Position numbers and translations under genes: made by a program | Shown: piece after piece, positions 39,166-52,385 of the stretch | Layout of the letters: the number at the start of each line of letters is the position of its first letter | Numbering within the stretch: position 1 is the stretch's first letter | Notes under the pieces: model-generated | Seen by the model: only the letters and a program-made list of their open reading frames with translations | The model's database searches: none | Told to the model about the DNA's origin: nothing | DNA from: Hydrolagus colliei | Lineage: Eukaryota | Reading direction: 5' to 3' | DNA: 64,000 bases | NCBI GenBank assembly: GCA_035084275.1 | Contig: CM068769.1 | Coordinates: 2,232,001 to 2,296,000 of the forward strand

Positions 39166-40929
39166 ATAGCTGAGCTGGAGTATCAGGTGGAGACATTGCG
39201 GTGCATCAGGGAAGGGGAGAGCTTCTTAGATAGTTTCATCCTAGAGCCAGACACTCCACCAAGGCCTAGGGAACAAGACTGCGCTGTTGCCAGCCACGGT
39301 CAGGACTGGGTGACAGTCAGACAACCGGGTATGCGGAGCCACAAGAGTGGTGCAGAGAAACCCCAGACTGTAACCATTTCCAACAGGTATGAAGTACTTT
39401 CAACCTGTTTGGATAAGGCGGTCTGTGAGAAGGTTGGACAAACCAACTCCATAAAGACCATTTTAATAGGAGATTCAATTGTCCGAGGTACAGATAGGCG
39501 TTTTTGTGAACGGAAACGCGAATCTCGGAAGGTGTGTTGCTTACCAGGTGCCAGGGTTGAAGACTTCACTGAGCGGGTGCATGCAATTCTGCTAGGGGAA
39601 GGGGAAAATCCACTTGTGGTGGTCCATGTTGGGACCCATGAAGTTGAGAGGAAAAACCTGAGATGCGCCAGGGAGAGTACCAGAGACTAGGGAGTAAACT
39701 AAAAAGTGGAACTTCGAGAGTGGTGATCTCTGGGTTGCTTCCAGTGCCTCGAGCAACCCAGTTCCAGAATGCTGGAATAAGGCACATCAACTGTTTGTGA
39801 AATTAAAGGCCCATGGCGTAAAAGGGACAGTGTCAGCGTGGATCCACAACTGGCTGCGAGACAAAAAGCAGAGAGTTGTAGTGAGCGGCTGTTTTTCAGA
39901 ATGGAGGGAAGTGAGCAGTGGTGTGCCACAGGGATCAGTTTTGGGACCATTGCTGTTTGTAATCTACATCAATGATCTGGACTTGGGTGTACGGAGTACA
40001 ATTTCCAAGTTTACAGATGACACTAAGTTAGGGAGAATAGTAAATAGTGAGGAGCATAGTGGCCATCTGCAAGAGGATATAGACGAATTGATAAAGTGGG
40101 CAGACACATGGCAGATGAAGTTTAATGGAGGTGATGCATTTTGGGAGAAGAAATGAAAGTAGGCAATATAGGCTAGATAGTAAAATTTTAAATGGTGTGA
40201 AAGAACAGAGAGACATGGGGATTTGTGTTAGTGACTCGTTGAAGGTGGCAGGACAGGTAGACAAGGCTGTTAATGAGGCATATGGGATACTAGGCTTTAT
40301 AAATAGGGGTATAGAGTACAAAAGTCAGGAAGTGCTGACTGACCTATGTAAGACTTTCGTGAGGCCTCAGCTGGAATACTGTGGTCAATTCTGGTCACCA
40401 CGTTACAGAAAGGATGTGAAGACATTGGAAAGGGTACAAAGAAGATTTACTAGGATGGTGCCAGGATTGAGGGACTTCAGCTATGAGGAGAGGCTAGATA
40501 GGTTAGGGTTATTCTCTGTGGAGAAGAGAAGATTGAGGGGAGACCTAGTAGAGGTTTACAAAATCATGAGGGGTTTCGAGAGGGCAAATAGAGATAAACT
40601 ATTTCCACTGGTGGGCGAATCTGTGACTCGTAGTCACAGATTTAAAATAGTTTCAAGGCGAAGTAGAGGGGAGCTGAGGAGAAATATTTTCACTCAGCGA
40701 GTTGTTCGAATCTGGAATGCATTTCCTGAAAAGGTGGTGGAGGCTGATTCGATAACATCTTTTAAAAGGGAATTAGATCTTTATTTAGGGAGAACAGGTC
40801 TATTAGGCTATGGGGAGCGGGCAGTGCAGTGGGATTAAATCGCTCTTTTCAAAGAGCCGTCACAGACTAGATGGGCCGAATGGCCTCCTTTTGTGCCATA
40901 ACTTTCGATGAATCTATGAATCTATGAAT
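39166..40929 (+). mobile_element. Internally deleted CR1 LINE
   Basis: ORF1 esterase part (ILIGDSIVRG, CCLPGARV, VVHVGT) is fused to the distal RT (GVPQGSVLGP, KFTDDTKL, RPQLEYC, RLRGDL). Ends in (CTATGAAT)n. Confidence 0.92.
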
Positions 40930-42368
40930 AGTGTATGTGAGTGAAAGGCACTAAAATATATCAAGTGACATAGAGATAGCATTTTGATGAACAAAAGCCT
41001 CGTGATAATCAGCTTATTGATAAAGCTTTGTGGAATGCGGATCAAGCAACAATAGTGTATGTGAGTTAAGCAATGTTAACTGTAACAAGAAACAACTGTG
41101 ATAGCTACCAATGAATTGGTTATATAAAAGCACGTGGAAAGTTACATCATTTGCAGCTGATGTTATAAGTATGTTCAGTTCGCCACCTGGTGGTGATTGT
41201 CAGCTACAGCATCTTTGCAATGGATACGTTCGAAAGCAAATTATTTTAGGACTGTCTTGAATTATCCCTTCCGTTCTCCTCTCTTGGAAGGATATACCTT
41301 TGTCTCGTTCCCCTGCTTGTTCCTCATGTTTTACTAGCTTTACTAGAAAATTGGACGCGAATTTAATCCACAATCTGTTGGCGTATTCGTGCTCATACTT
41401 GCGTCCAACTGACGCCCAATCTAAGCTAATTAGTTGATTATTTCCTGTAAGTGTTTATATTATGTGACAGAACATTGTGGTGACGTTGGTCATGTTACAG
41501 TATCGCAACATTACATTTATATTTACAAAGCGTTATTCCCATTGGTAGGAGTTCCAAAATTCACTATTTTCAATTGGCAAATTATTTATTAGAATAATAA
41601 ACTAAGCTAATAATTTTAATTCTACAGTAGAGTATTACATCAATAATACAATCTGCGTTCATTCTTCGAAAATAGCATTGTGGTTTTAGCATTCCAGGCG
41701 TTAATTGAACCAGTTTTACGTGGGCAACGTTAATTGAGTTAATCAGCAATCCACGCGTTATAATGAGAAAATTCTGAATCTCATATTTTAGACAGATGAC
41801 AGAGCATTGAACTTCAATGTGTTTCCGAGTTACAATCGTGCTACAATATTGGTTACAGCCAGTCTTGAAGCAATGCTTTTTTTTTGTGACTGTGAATAAA
41901 ACTGGGCCCTAAGCTTTGCAAATTTCTGACTAAATCCATCCCTCTTGCCAAACCACCACTCACCCTCCACTTACCTCTCCGCACATTCTCCCTGACAATG
42001 TACTTAAATTACAGTTCCTCTTGTTACCACACAGTTCTGGAACAAGTTCCATCATGGTTATTTACTGTAGAACACGGCCTTACACGAAATAGGATTAATG
42101 AGAACAGGAGAAGGCCATTCATCCCCATGCATAAGGGATGACTATTAAGGGATAATGATCCCTGATAACTATTAAGCTGGTTATTACTTACTGCCAGGAA
42201 AACAGAGGCGTGTGTGTAAAATAAAGAAGGCTTATGTACAGTACACAATGTTTTGCTCTGCAATGAATGGAAACCAGGTGCTCTTGCAAAGCCAATGCTC
42301 TAACAACTGAGCTGCAGGCCTCCGCATGTGGGTTTCGTACGGCAGTAACACTGATCTGTGCCTCTGTG

Positions 42369-43046
42369 GGGCTCAGCGCACAGTAATACGCAGCAGTGTC
42401 AGTCACTGTCACTAGGGATATATTCAGTGGCACGGTTCGCCGCGCTTTATCCAAATTAGTTGAGAAACGTTCTTTTGCAAACTCTGCAGGATATTCCTTG
42501 TTGCTGATGATGTGTAACTTAAGTATATATTCTGGAGCTGTGTTGGTACAGTGACGCTAACATAATATATATGGAGTGCCGCCGCTTGTAGCTGTATAAT
42601 TTCATAGCAGATAGGCATATTCTCCTTCATTTAGTTTCACAGTAGATTTGTGCTGTGTCACAGAGTCTCCTCCACAAAGCTCTGGAAAACAGAAACACGT
42701 CATAATTCAATACCATCACAATAATTTTAATCATCATTTTGTGTTTCATACGGCGCCTTATCAAGTCGTTGATCAGCCTCCAATGAATTTACCTAATAAA
42801 ATTAGCAAAAGCAATGCTGTGGGTGTAACATTTCGCTCTGTCCTGCCAGGGAATCGAACCATGATCCTCCTGGCTGTGAAGCCAGTTCTATAGAAACTGA
42901 TATAATGTACACTCTAACTCCTCTAGCTCATTTTGTAATATTGTGTAACTTATGCGATAAAACATAGGATAATACTTTCGGAAACAACTACTGATAGAAT
43001 GCTTACCTGAAAAGGCGATGATGGCTGCTGCCACATTGATATACTT
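42369..43046 (-). pseudogene. TRAV/TRDV: TCR V pseudogene V10 (paralogue of V6)
   Basis: The leader start reads AAG. V exon 42369-42681 has TGA at the first Cys and TGT TAG at the WY position. RSS 42330-42368: CACAGAG-23-ACGAAACCC. Confidence 0.9.
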
Positions 43047-44718
43047 TGCTATCTGTATTTAATGGCATGCGTTGCAGTGAGAGAGTTAATCGTGTAGTTG
43101 GAGAATGTTATTTGGGAGTCAGAAAGATGCAGTGAGGAGGGATGAACAGTGAATGACATATAGAAGTTCCCATATACGTTGCGGAAGCTTGTCTGAGGTA
43201 TACTTATAACAACGTTTATTTACGTCTCTCAGCGTCATTTGTTCTGCTCTGCCCTCTGTCTCATCCATTGGTTCTCCATCAACCCTGACATGTCTTTGAT
43301 CAATCAGGTGCCTCAAACATGCAGCAACCTACACCCAAAATACAATTTCAATTCGTCCAAACACATACATGTTATTCAATTATCTGTTCTGTCTGTGCAT
43401 TCCTGTAGCTTAATGGTATCAACACTCACCACAACATTTAGAACAACAACAACTTCGATTTATATAGCGCACTACACGCCGCACGGCGTCTCAGAGCGCT
43501 TCACGTTGCCCCACAAGCAACGTGCCTGTGTTTGATCCAAGTAGGGCGAAATGTTGCATACGTTTTACTACTCTACCCACCCACTTCTGTTTACTTATTA
43601 AGAAGTAGCAGTTAATTTATACATCAATCTAGCTGGTTGGTTTCCTGTGTTAAGTACCCTGATAGAATATGTAATTGAATCCACCACTGTTTGTGTGACT
43701 TTGCTGTGCACAACTGGCTGCCTGGTTTCGCCTGCAAATCGCCGAATCACTACATTTTAGAGTGTAGTCTATCAGGCGATCAGTGACGTCACAAGGCAGG
43801 CCGAGGTATTCAGTGGAAGCCACTGAGTATATACAGAGGGCTAGACACTGGCCCATTGTGTGTTGGCTTCACATTCCCTGGGGCAGCTGGCAATTGGATA
43901 TCGAAGTGAAACCAGCCATTGAGAGGATTTCAAAGCGAAAGAGGAGAAGCCCACGTGTCGTCAACATTTTCTCAGATATCTCTGCCCCAGTTGGGTGGAG
44001 GTTTCCTTCCTGCCTTGTTTCCGCTCCAGTCTTCTGGGTTACAGGAGTTTAGGCAATAAACTCACACTTTTCTAGCAGAGATCATGCTTGCAAGATATGT
44101 GCTGTGCATTTTATTTCACTGAACTAGGCTTCATATAAAGACAAACAGATTTGTAAACCGTGTGTCTGAAACATTGTGAGATCCACCGAAATATTTGTGA
44201 GATTCTACATGAAGCTGTTCGTCGGAATAACCCTTCATTGTGATAAGTCGCCGTATCATGTCTTCACAACTTCTCTAAACGCTTCACTTGTTATACTGTA
44301 AAGTGTAGCATTAGTGTATTGTGTGGCAGAGAACTGCACATAGCATCGTCTCACAAAAAATGGTGGATCGAGGCAAAAACATTTGTTTAATGGATTACTA
44401 CACTCTCGAAGGCTATCCACCAAATGACTGTCAACCGCGATCCAATTTACTGCTCGGCAGAGTAAGATTAATAAGATTAATAATACTTGCATTTGATATA
44501 ACACCTTATCAATTCTATGAGAAATTACAAAGCGCTTAGTTTGTTGTGCAGTGAAGTGAGGTAACTATATGTTACCGGCTGTATGTGACAGCCAATTTCA
44601 TACAGCAGTCTTCCACAAACGCTCATGGATCGCAAAGGCGAGTGGAATATCCACTGAGCTATAGTAACATACAGCAGCATGTTTTTGTACAGGCTCCACT
44701 TAGACACGCAGCACTGTG

Positions 44719-45153
44719 CTCTCTGCTGCACAGAAGTAAGTGGCGGTGTCTGCAACTCGCACGTCTCTGATTGTCAGTGTGCTGTTCATCTCTTTTCTAT
44801 CAGCCAAAGCACTTATCCTCTCCTCCGTCTTCATCTCTCTGCTTCCCTTCACCAGCAAATGGATGGAGCCGTTTCCATTCTGTTTGTACCATTGGAAGTA
44901 AGGATCTTCCATAGTAGTTCGGCACTCTAGAGATACATTTCCATTTTCGTTCTCTGTCAGTGCCCGAGCACTCTGTGATACTTCACTATCAGCCAAGGTA
45001 CCTGGGGAATACAAATGAACATTCTTGGAAAGAAATACGGAAAACGTCTGGAACTAACTTGTCATTAGTTACTAGGGTAACAAGAATGCTATTGTCCAAA
45101 CTCACACTCTACTTACAGAAGAGCGAAATCATGAAACTAAAAATAATACACAT
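44719..45153 (-). CDS. TRAV/TRDV: TCR V segment V11, intact with canonical heptamer
   Basis: Leader 45117-45153 (MCIIFSFMISLF). V exon 44719-45001 (SLEC...WYKQ...DTATYFCAAES). RSS 44680-44718: CACAGTG-23-ACAAAAACA. Confidence 0.93.
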
Positions 45154-46009
45154 TGGTTTGTAAATTGGCTTCATTTTCAATCCTCGTCGATTCATGTCAG
45201 AATCTCCAGGTGAAATGCAGATAGACACTAGTTAACTGTTGATGAACGTTCATGAATGTTTGTCGTTTGCCGCCAACTGTGTTGCTCATATCTATTTTCC
45301 TGGCGAGGCCTCCACTGACGTCTCATTTCCTGTATGTTTACTTGTTTGACATTCTTTCCCCAATGCATTACCAGTAGCGTTCATTTTGCCCACCAGGTAG
45401 GAGGTCACTGGATATTACAGTAGATTATTTCAATCGCGTTGAATCATCTCAATGATCGAATCAATTACAACAACAACAACCTGGATTCATATAGCGCCCT
45501 TCATGCCGGATAGCGTCTCGTCCAACTTCTATACTTTTAATGTAGGCAAATGTAGCTTTTATTGTCAGCAATTTTATTATAAGTTTTTAAGGGAAATGCT
45601 CTATCGGAAGACATGTGCCTGCAAACATTAGTTCTGTTTAGAAATCAAGTCAGTATCAATTCAATTGATGGAAGCGTCTCAAAAGTCCACCCAAATACTT
45701 CTCTCGATGGCAAGTCTGTGTGTTTGGCAACCTCAACAGCCAATTCATATACAGCAATATTCCCTCAATCTGTGAAGTGAACAAAAAAATTATCCTGATG
45801 GAATGTCTGTCCAGTCAACAGGACAAACCCTGTTCTTGCTCTCGCAAGAACATGGGTTATTTCTCTAAATTTGTAGAAACCGACTGGACGTCTGTTGAAT
45901 CGTTCAACAGAAGGACACCTTCGCTGACATTCTAGACACTTCCCCCGGCCTGCACTGGAGTGTCAGCCCAGTACAATAGTGAGGAATCAAATATTTCATA
46001 CAAAAGCAA

Positions 46010-46420
46010 AATTATATTTGTATATCGCCTTTCACGTGAGGAGGACTTCCCAAGTGTCTGGACAGTTGTTGATTCAGACCCGAGCTAAGGACGGTTGGGG
46101 AGTGCGTGTGGAAGGATATGCTGATGGTTCCATCGAAAAGAAGTGTCTTGAGGCGAGACTTGAAGGAGGCTAAGGAGTGGATGAGTCGGAGGGAATGCGG
46201 GATGGAGTTCCAGATGTTGCGGGACAGAGTGGCTGAAGGCTCGCCCGCCAAAGTTTGGGCGGGTGGGTCGAAGTACATGGAGCAGGCTAGAGCCTGTTGA
46301 ATGGAGGAGGTGGGCAGCTTGTTACGTGGATAGTAGATCACGGCTATCTGTTGGGGTGAGGTTCTGAAGGGCTTTAAATGTGAGAACCAGGATCTTGATT
46401 CGGAGACACATTCCGAATAT
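46010..46420 (-). mobile_element. L2-type LINE 3' fragment
   Basis: Encodes WNSIPHSLRLIHSLASFKSRLKTLLF. Absent from block A. Confidence 0.75.
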
Positions 46421-47023
46421 GTAAGTTGCTTTGAACGTATTAAGTAGTAGATCAATTATAAATGATTCTTGATTGTTATTATATGGTTCTCCAAGATGTT
46501 TTTAAAATACATCATTAGAATTGATCAAGCGACATGATTCACCTGTCCCATAGCGCTTCATTGTAATGTGTCGTGACAGTGACAGTGTGTGTCCCAGTGG
46601 AGGTGACAAAATACCTGGCAGGCCATTGAGCACAGCAGTGTCCCACAAATATGCGTGGATAGAGAGATTGCATTTATATTATTCTGATTGTTTGACGTTT
46701 TATTGTACTAGGGAAAGCGATCCACCCATGGACTAACAATCAGGTTCCGAGTAACTGCTAGTTGAAGAGTTATGTGCGTCCAGAGTATGGAAAACTGCCT
46801 AAGGATTCCCAACGCCTGGGAGTCAAACCCAGGTCCACTAGTGAGCAAAACGAATACTCCAACCTCTGCACTACAGGTCTCCACAGACACTGTACACCGC
46901 CCTCTCTGTTATAATAGTGTAGCCACCTCAGTGTGTTGGCAGCACCAAGTTGAATGTGTGAGAAAAAGTCACGATTGTCTGCTGAGTTTTTGTACAGTGT
47001 GTCTGGCCTCTTGTCACAGTGTG

Positions 47024-47895
47024 GGCTCCAGGGCACAGTAATACATGGCTCCGTCACGCACAACAGACCTGAGTATTTGCAAGTTAAATGTTTTATTCTC
47101 CTTGTCCAGCTCTGCGTTGAAACGTTCAGGAAGGCTAGGAGATTTGTCTACCTTTCCAGAGGCATATATCCTGAGCAAGTACTGAACATCTCCACCGGGA
47201 TATTGCCTGTACCAGAAGGCAGTGATCATTGTGGAATAACTGCAGTTTAGTGTCATGTTTTCGCTTTCAAGTTCCATTATCTCAGGAGGATATTGGGTGA
47301 CTACATCTTTCCCGGTAACGTCTGCAATAATAAAATAACACATTTTCTAAGCGAAGCTAAAGATTAATTTGCACTTGGAATAATACTAATTATTATTAAA
47401 CTTGTATTCGCGAATTGTCACAAAATTAGGACGCTACAAGTTACAAACAAAACACCAACAGAATAAAATATAAAATGAGTTGTTGCCAAACTGTGTAGGC
47501 GAAACGCGGCAGCCAATTTTAAACAGCAGCGTCCTACAGGTAGTAGTGGAGTAGTCCGCAAATTATAGTTAATATAAGTACTGTTTTGATGGCATTGTTT
47601 TAACTGCAAAGCGATCCGCCTTCTAATAACTGCTAAACTCACAACGGCGTTTGTTTGGTTTAAAGCAACTTGTCCAACCACTAGCCCTGCCGTGATTCAA
47701 GATAAGGTGTGCTCTTTTTCAAAGTGAGTACAGTACTCTAAATACTACACTTCCATTATTATTTAAGAATAATATAGGTATTTGATAGAGTGCTTTTCAC
47801 ATCTTATAATACCAAATAATATGCACTAGGCCTGTCCACACATACTTACTGGCTATGGTGAGGATTGCTATCAGTAACTGACAGTGACCTGTCAT
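47024..47895 (-). CDS. TRAV/TRDV: TCR V segment V12, intact (paralogue of V8)
   Basis: Leader 47850-47895. V exon 47024-47321 (LNC...WYRQYP...MYYCALEP). RSS 46985-47023: CACACTG-23-ACAAAAACT. Confidence 0.93.
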
Positions 47896-49931
47896 TCTGG
47901 CTGCTGAGGTGACGACAGATAGTGGAAACTCTTCCTTTGTATATGTCTATTCGATGCTTCAGTGAAATGTAGTGAGGCAGCGACTGATCTGCTGTATGCA
48001 GGCAGTGAGTTATTCCATAAAATTGTAGGCGTTTCACACTAACCAGAGTATCTTGGCCTTAACCGGTTGCTGATTGGCTACAGGCGGACCGTGGTTAGAA
48101 TGGGGGGAATAGATGCATGCTTCACCCACGCACAAAAGTTTACAGTCTATAATCAAGACTGAGCTGACAAACTGCCTCTTTTGCTGGTACTATATCTAAT
48201 GAATCAGAAAGTTTTGGTTCAGACATCACGTTGTTGCACTGAGATGATGCTTCGACTGCAATTCAAATTGATGACTGTGTCAGGGCGGTATTGTCAACAA
48301 AACTTAGATAGAGCCAACGATCGCTTCACGTATATTCGTGGGAGAATTACTGTGTTCAAATTACCTATTGTATTTCTCTTCAAAATTCCGTCACGTATTC
48401 TCACACTAACTCACATTAAACGCTTCGTTAGCATCTCTTGTATGAAGGCATGTTATAAAATGCAAGGATTCTTCTAATTATTATCCAAAGCAGGACGGCC
48501 CGAACTCAGAAATATCACGAGTTCTTTAAATCAAAAATAAAATTAAACTGAACAATGTTATTCTCCATTTCCAAATTAACCAAAGAGAGTGCCCCTGTAG
48601 CCCTTGAGAAAGCGTAACATGTTTAACACCACAGGGAGAGCCACTCAATGGAGCCTGATTAGTTTTTTGGGGACACAAATAGAAAAAGTAGTAAGATAGG
48701 AAAGATGTGACATCAAGTGATTCTGGAACAACAATATCATTAATTATGTTTTAGCTCAACAAACATAAGCACTTTTCAGCTGTAGTGGTAAGAGTGTATA
48801 TGAGGCAACACATCAACTGTAACAGGAAGCACCTGCTCACAAGGAAGTTAGTTACAGATAGGAACGAGGCTATTTATGTCAGTTGCAGCTCATGACAGAT
48901 ACTGTATGTGCTTAATGCGCCGACTGCCGATGCATTAAATCATTGCATTTGATATAGCGCTTGCCACATCTTAGTAACGTCCCAAAGCGCTTCACAGAAT
49001 ATACTGTAAAACGAACTGACTGTATATGTTTGTGGGCGAATCGATGCAGCCAATTGCACATAGCAGTGTCCCACACACAGTCGTGGATTGAAATGACCGA
49101 CTTTATAGTTGTGTTTCTTGGAGGGATTATTATTATGCGTGTGGAGTAAGGAAACTTGCCCACGATTTCGCCCTGACTCACCTGGATTCGAACACATGTC
49201 TCCCCAGCTTGGTTTCCCCAGCTTGCAAGACAAGTGCTCTAACCACTGGGCTACAGGAGATCCAAATTTCAGGTTCAGAACGTGTACAATTGGAAACATT
49301 TCACAGTAAATGGTTTCCAGCCACGCTCAACATTCCGTTTCTGAATGGCGCTGTATAAACGCAAAATATTGATTTAATTACTTTTTTTTAGATGTTTTGC
49401 AATCGACTCGAAATACACAGAAAGACTTGTATATGGTTAAGGTTTCCTCAAAAGCGGAATATTGAGGCTTTGTCTGTGACAATACCGTATTTAATAAAAA
49501 ACTATCTATATTCCTTTGATATATATTTGCCTTTTATATATAACCATATCATATCTTAGAGGTTCAACATAGCGCTTTATCGAATGCAATGTTAACGCTT
49601 TGAAATCTTATTGTGTGGGAGAAACGCGGAAGCCAAGTTTGCACATCAGATATCGATTGGATTGAATGAACAATTTATTAATATTATCAATATTCTGAAG
49701 GAATTCTTACGCCCGGAATAGCGAATCACTAATCTGCTAACAACATAGTTCCGAATTACTGCCATCTAAACAGCTACATATGTATGGAGTAAGAAAACTT
49801 GCCCCATATTTCGCTCAGCCGTGAATTCAAACCCTTATATCTTACCTGTGAGGCGAGTGTTGTAACCACTGAGCTATAGGACTCCACACGGTAGTTTTTG
49901 TACGACGATACCACTGATCTCTGTCTCTGTG

Positions 49932-50761
49932 GAGCTCAGTGCACAGTAATACACCGCCGAGTCTGTGACTCTAACTTGGGATATATTTAAAGGGACGGTT
50001 CTCCCCACTTGATCCACTGTTGATGAGAAATGTCCTTTCGCAAAGTCTGCACATTTTGGTCTGTTGCTGGTGGATGTCCTGAGGATATATTCTGGAGAAG
50101 AGTTGGGATAGAGACGGTACCAGAATAGGTAATATATGTTGTTGCTTGTAGCTGTATAATTACACTGCAATATTGCATTCTCCCCTTGATCAGCTGTCAC
50201 AGTAGATTGGAGTTGTGTCACAGCGTCTCCTTCGCAAAATTCTAGAAATAATATAAATGAATAATAATAATGTAAATAACGATAATCACAAAAATATTGA
50301 TGTTAGTAATCTTTTCATTGGCTACAACGCCTTAGCCTGTATCCGCGACAGCATGAAGCGCGTCACAGAATATTAATTAAGCACATTTTCTGGGCAAAAC
50401 GTCAGAAACAATTGCGCGTATCAGTTTCCCCAAAACACTAGTTAATCGATTGATATATATACGATTACATTTTTGGAATTCAATGCTTAGGTGACGCGAT
50501 CAGTAAGTTTATCTACAGTAGGGTTCCTATTTAAGACTAGTGAAACGCGGTCGTGTGTGTGCCGGAAGTAAACTTGACTGTAGATTCGCCTCCCTACACA
50601 CTCAGATACAGGACGTGACCGCGTTTCAAGCCCTGCAGTTTATTGGTTATCTCGTGCAATAAGAAAACAAACTCATAGGATAATACGTGCAGGCACATAT
50701 TGATCTAAGTTTGCGGCTTACCTTCGAATATAACGATGGCTGCTGCCAGGTAAATATACAT
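49932..50761 (-). CDS. TRAV/TRDV: TCR V segment V13, intact (paralogue of V9)
   Basis: Leader 50722-50761. V exon 49932-50241 (YYCALSS). RSS 49893-49931: CACAGAG-23-ACAAAAACT. Confidence 0.93.
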
Positions 50762-51931
50762 TGTGATATGTGTGTTTAGTGACATGTGGTGTTGAGGGAG
50801 AGTTGATGGTGGAGTTCCACATCGTTGGCTGGGCGGCAATTAGATGCGGTGTTGGTGGTTGAACAAGATATGGCATTCAGAATTTACTGAGTAGGTCTGA
50901 AGGTTATTCACAACACTTATATCTCTGTCAATTTGCATCATTCACTTTGTTCTGCCATCCTGCTCCCTCATTGGATCTCTTCCATCAATATGGTCAAGAG
51001 CTGAAACGGATCATTGTGAGGGTTCAGAGCCAATGGGCAGGAGACACGTTACATCACCATCTTCTCAGATGTCTCTGCCCTAGTTACTTGCAAGTTTCCT
51101 TCCTGCCCTAGTTCCTCGCCAGCCTTCTGGATGCAGCCGTTTTCGTATAAAACGCACGTATTTTGTAGCACAATTGATCGCCCAAATTTGGTTTGTTTCG
51201 CTGAATTGCATTACGTATTTTACTAACCAGTATGTAAACATGTGAAGAACACATCCCATGCTTGTAAGTGTACGAATCAAAATTTGACTAACAATAAATA
51301 TTATCGTTTGAAGTAGCATCATATCACAGCTGCAAAACATCTCTAATCTTTTCACAAGAAGAACTGCCAAGGGTTGCGATCATGTATTTTCTCTATAAAA
51401 TACACGGCAGCCAATTGCACACAGACTTGTCTAGCAAACCGTAATGGAGAATCATCCATTTTGTTATTGGAGTGCTGACCCAGGAAAGGCTATCGGCCAG
51501 TCGTGTAGCAGCCGGTTTCCTACATAATGCTCTGCATTAGTGTAATAATAATCCTTGCATTCAAAATTGTGACTGATTCTTTATTCAGAGTTCTGCTGTG
51601 AAGTGAATTGAACTGATATGTTGGGCTAATTGCAGCAGGCAATGTGTGCAGAGCAGCGTCTCACAAACAGTCGTGGATTGACGTGAATATTTGTATTTTT
51701 CAAATGTATTATGACCATCAGGAAAGTGATCCCTCAATGAATGGCGAAACAAATACCTATAAACAACTACTATTAGCAAAGGCGTGTGGAATAAGGATAA
51801 TCGCCCAATATTTCGTCCAGCCAAGCATCGAAACCCAGCTCTACTTGTTTGCGAGATGAGTTATGTATAGTATAACTACATGGACCTCATCCTGTTTTTG
51901 TACAGGCTCCTCTGAGACACGCAGCACTGTG

Positions 51932-52385
51932 CTCGTTGCACAGAAGTAAGTGGCAGTGTCTGTCATTCGCACATCTTTGATTGATAGTATGCTGTTTTTC
52001 TCGTTTGTGTTAGCCAAGGCACTTATCCTCGGCCCTTCCTTCATCTCTCTGGTTCCCATCACTAAGTACTGGATGGAGCCATTTCCATATTGTTTGTACC
52101 AATGAAAATATAGGACAGAACCAATGGACCTGCAATTCATAGATGCATTTCCATTTTCATTCTCTGTCAGTGCCTGAGGATTCTGTGACACTTCGCTTTC
52201 AGCCAAGATATCTGGGGATTAGAAATGAACAATCCTTGAAAGAAATGAGAATATTATCTCCAAATTTAATTTGTAATTATTCATCAGTGAAATTAGAAGG
52301 TCTTATGTTCAAACAAATAAACCCACTTACACAAAAATAATAAGAAGAAATTAAAAACAGCGTATGTTGCAGTGAAATTCTGCAT
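51932..52385 (-). CDS. TRAV/TRDV: TCR V segment V14, intact with canonical heptamer (V11 family)
   Basis: Leader 52331-52385 (MQNFTATYAVFNFFLLFL). V exon 51932-52211 (YFCATS). RSS 51893-51931: CACAGTG-23-ACAAAAACA. Confidence 0.92.

Larger units (their letters stand above)
40930..51370. repeat. Segmental duplication block B (V10-V13 cassette)
   Basis: Collinear with 21260-32020. Confidence 0.9.

Noticed and set aside
965-47250. Plus-strand ORFs overlapping V genes (e.g. 965-1321, 17918-18334, 28035-28460, 46954-47250) and conserved between duplicates
   Set aside because: Antisense shadows of V exons and repeats. Their conservation is explained by the block duplications.
837-52211. NAR-TCR or IgVH-like (TAILV) segments
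   Set aside because: All complete V genes have their own leader exon and TRAV/TRDV-like frameworks. No 12-RSS D/J segments or VH-type motifs were seen.
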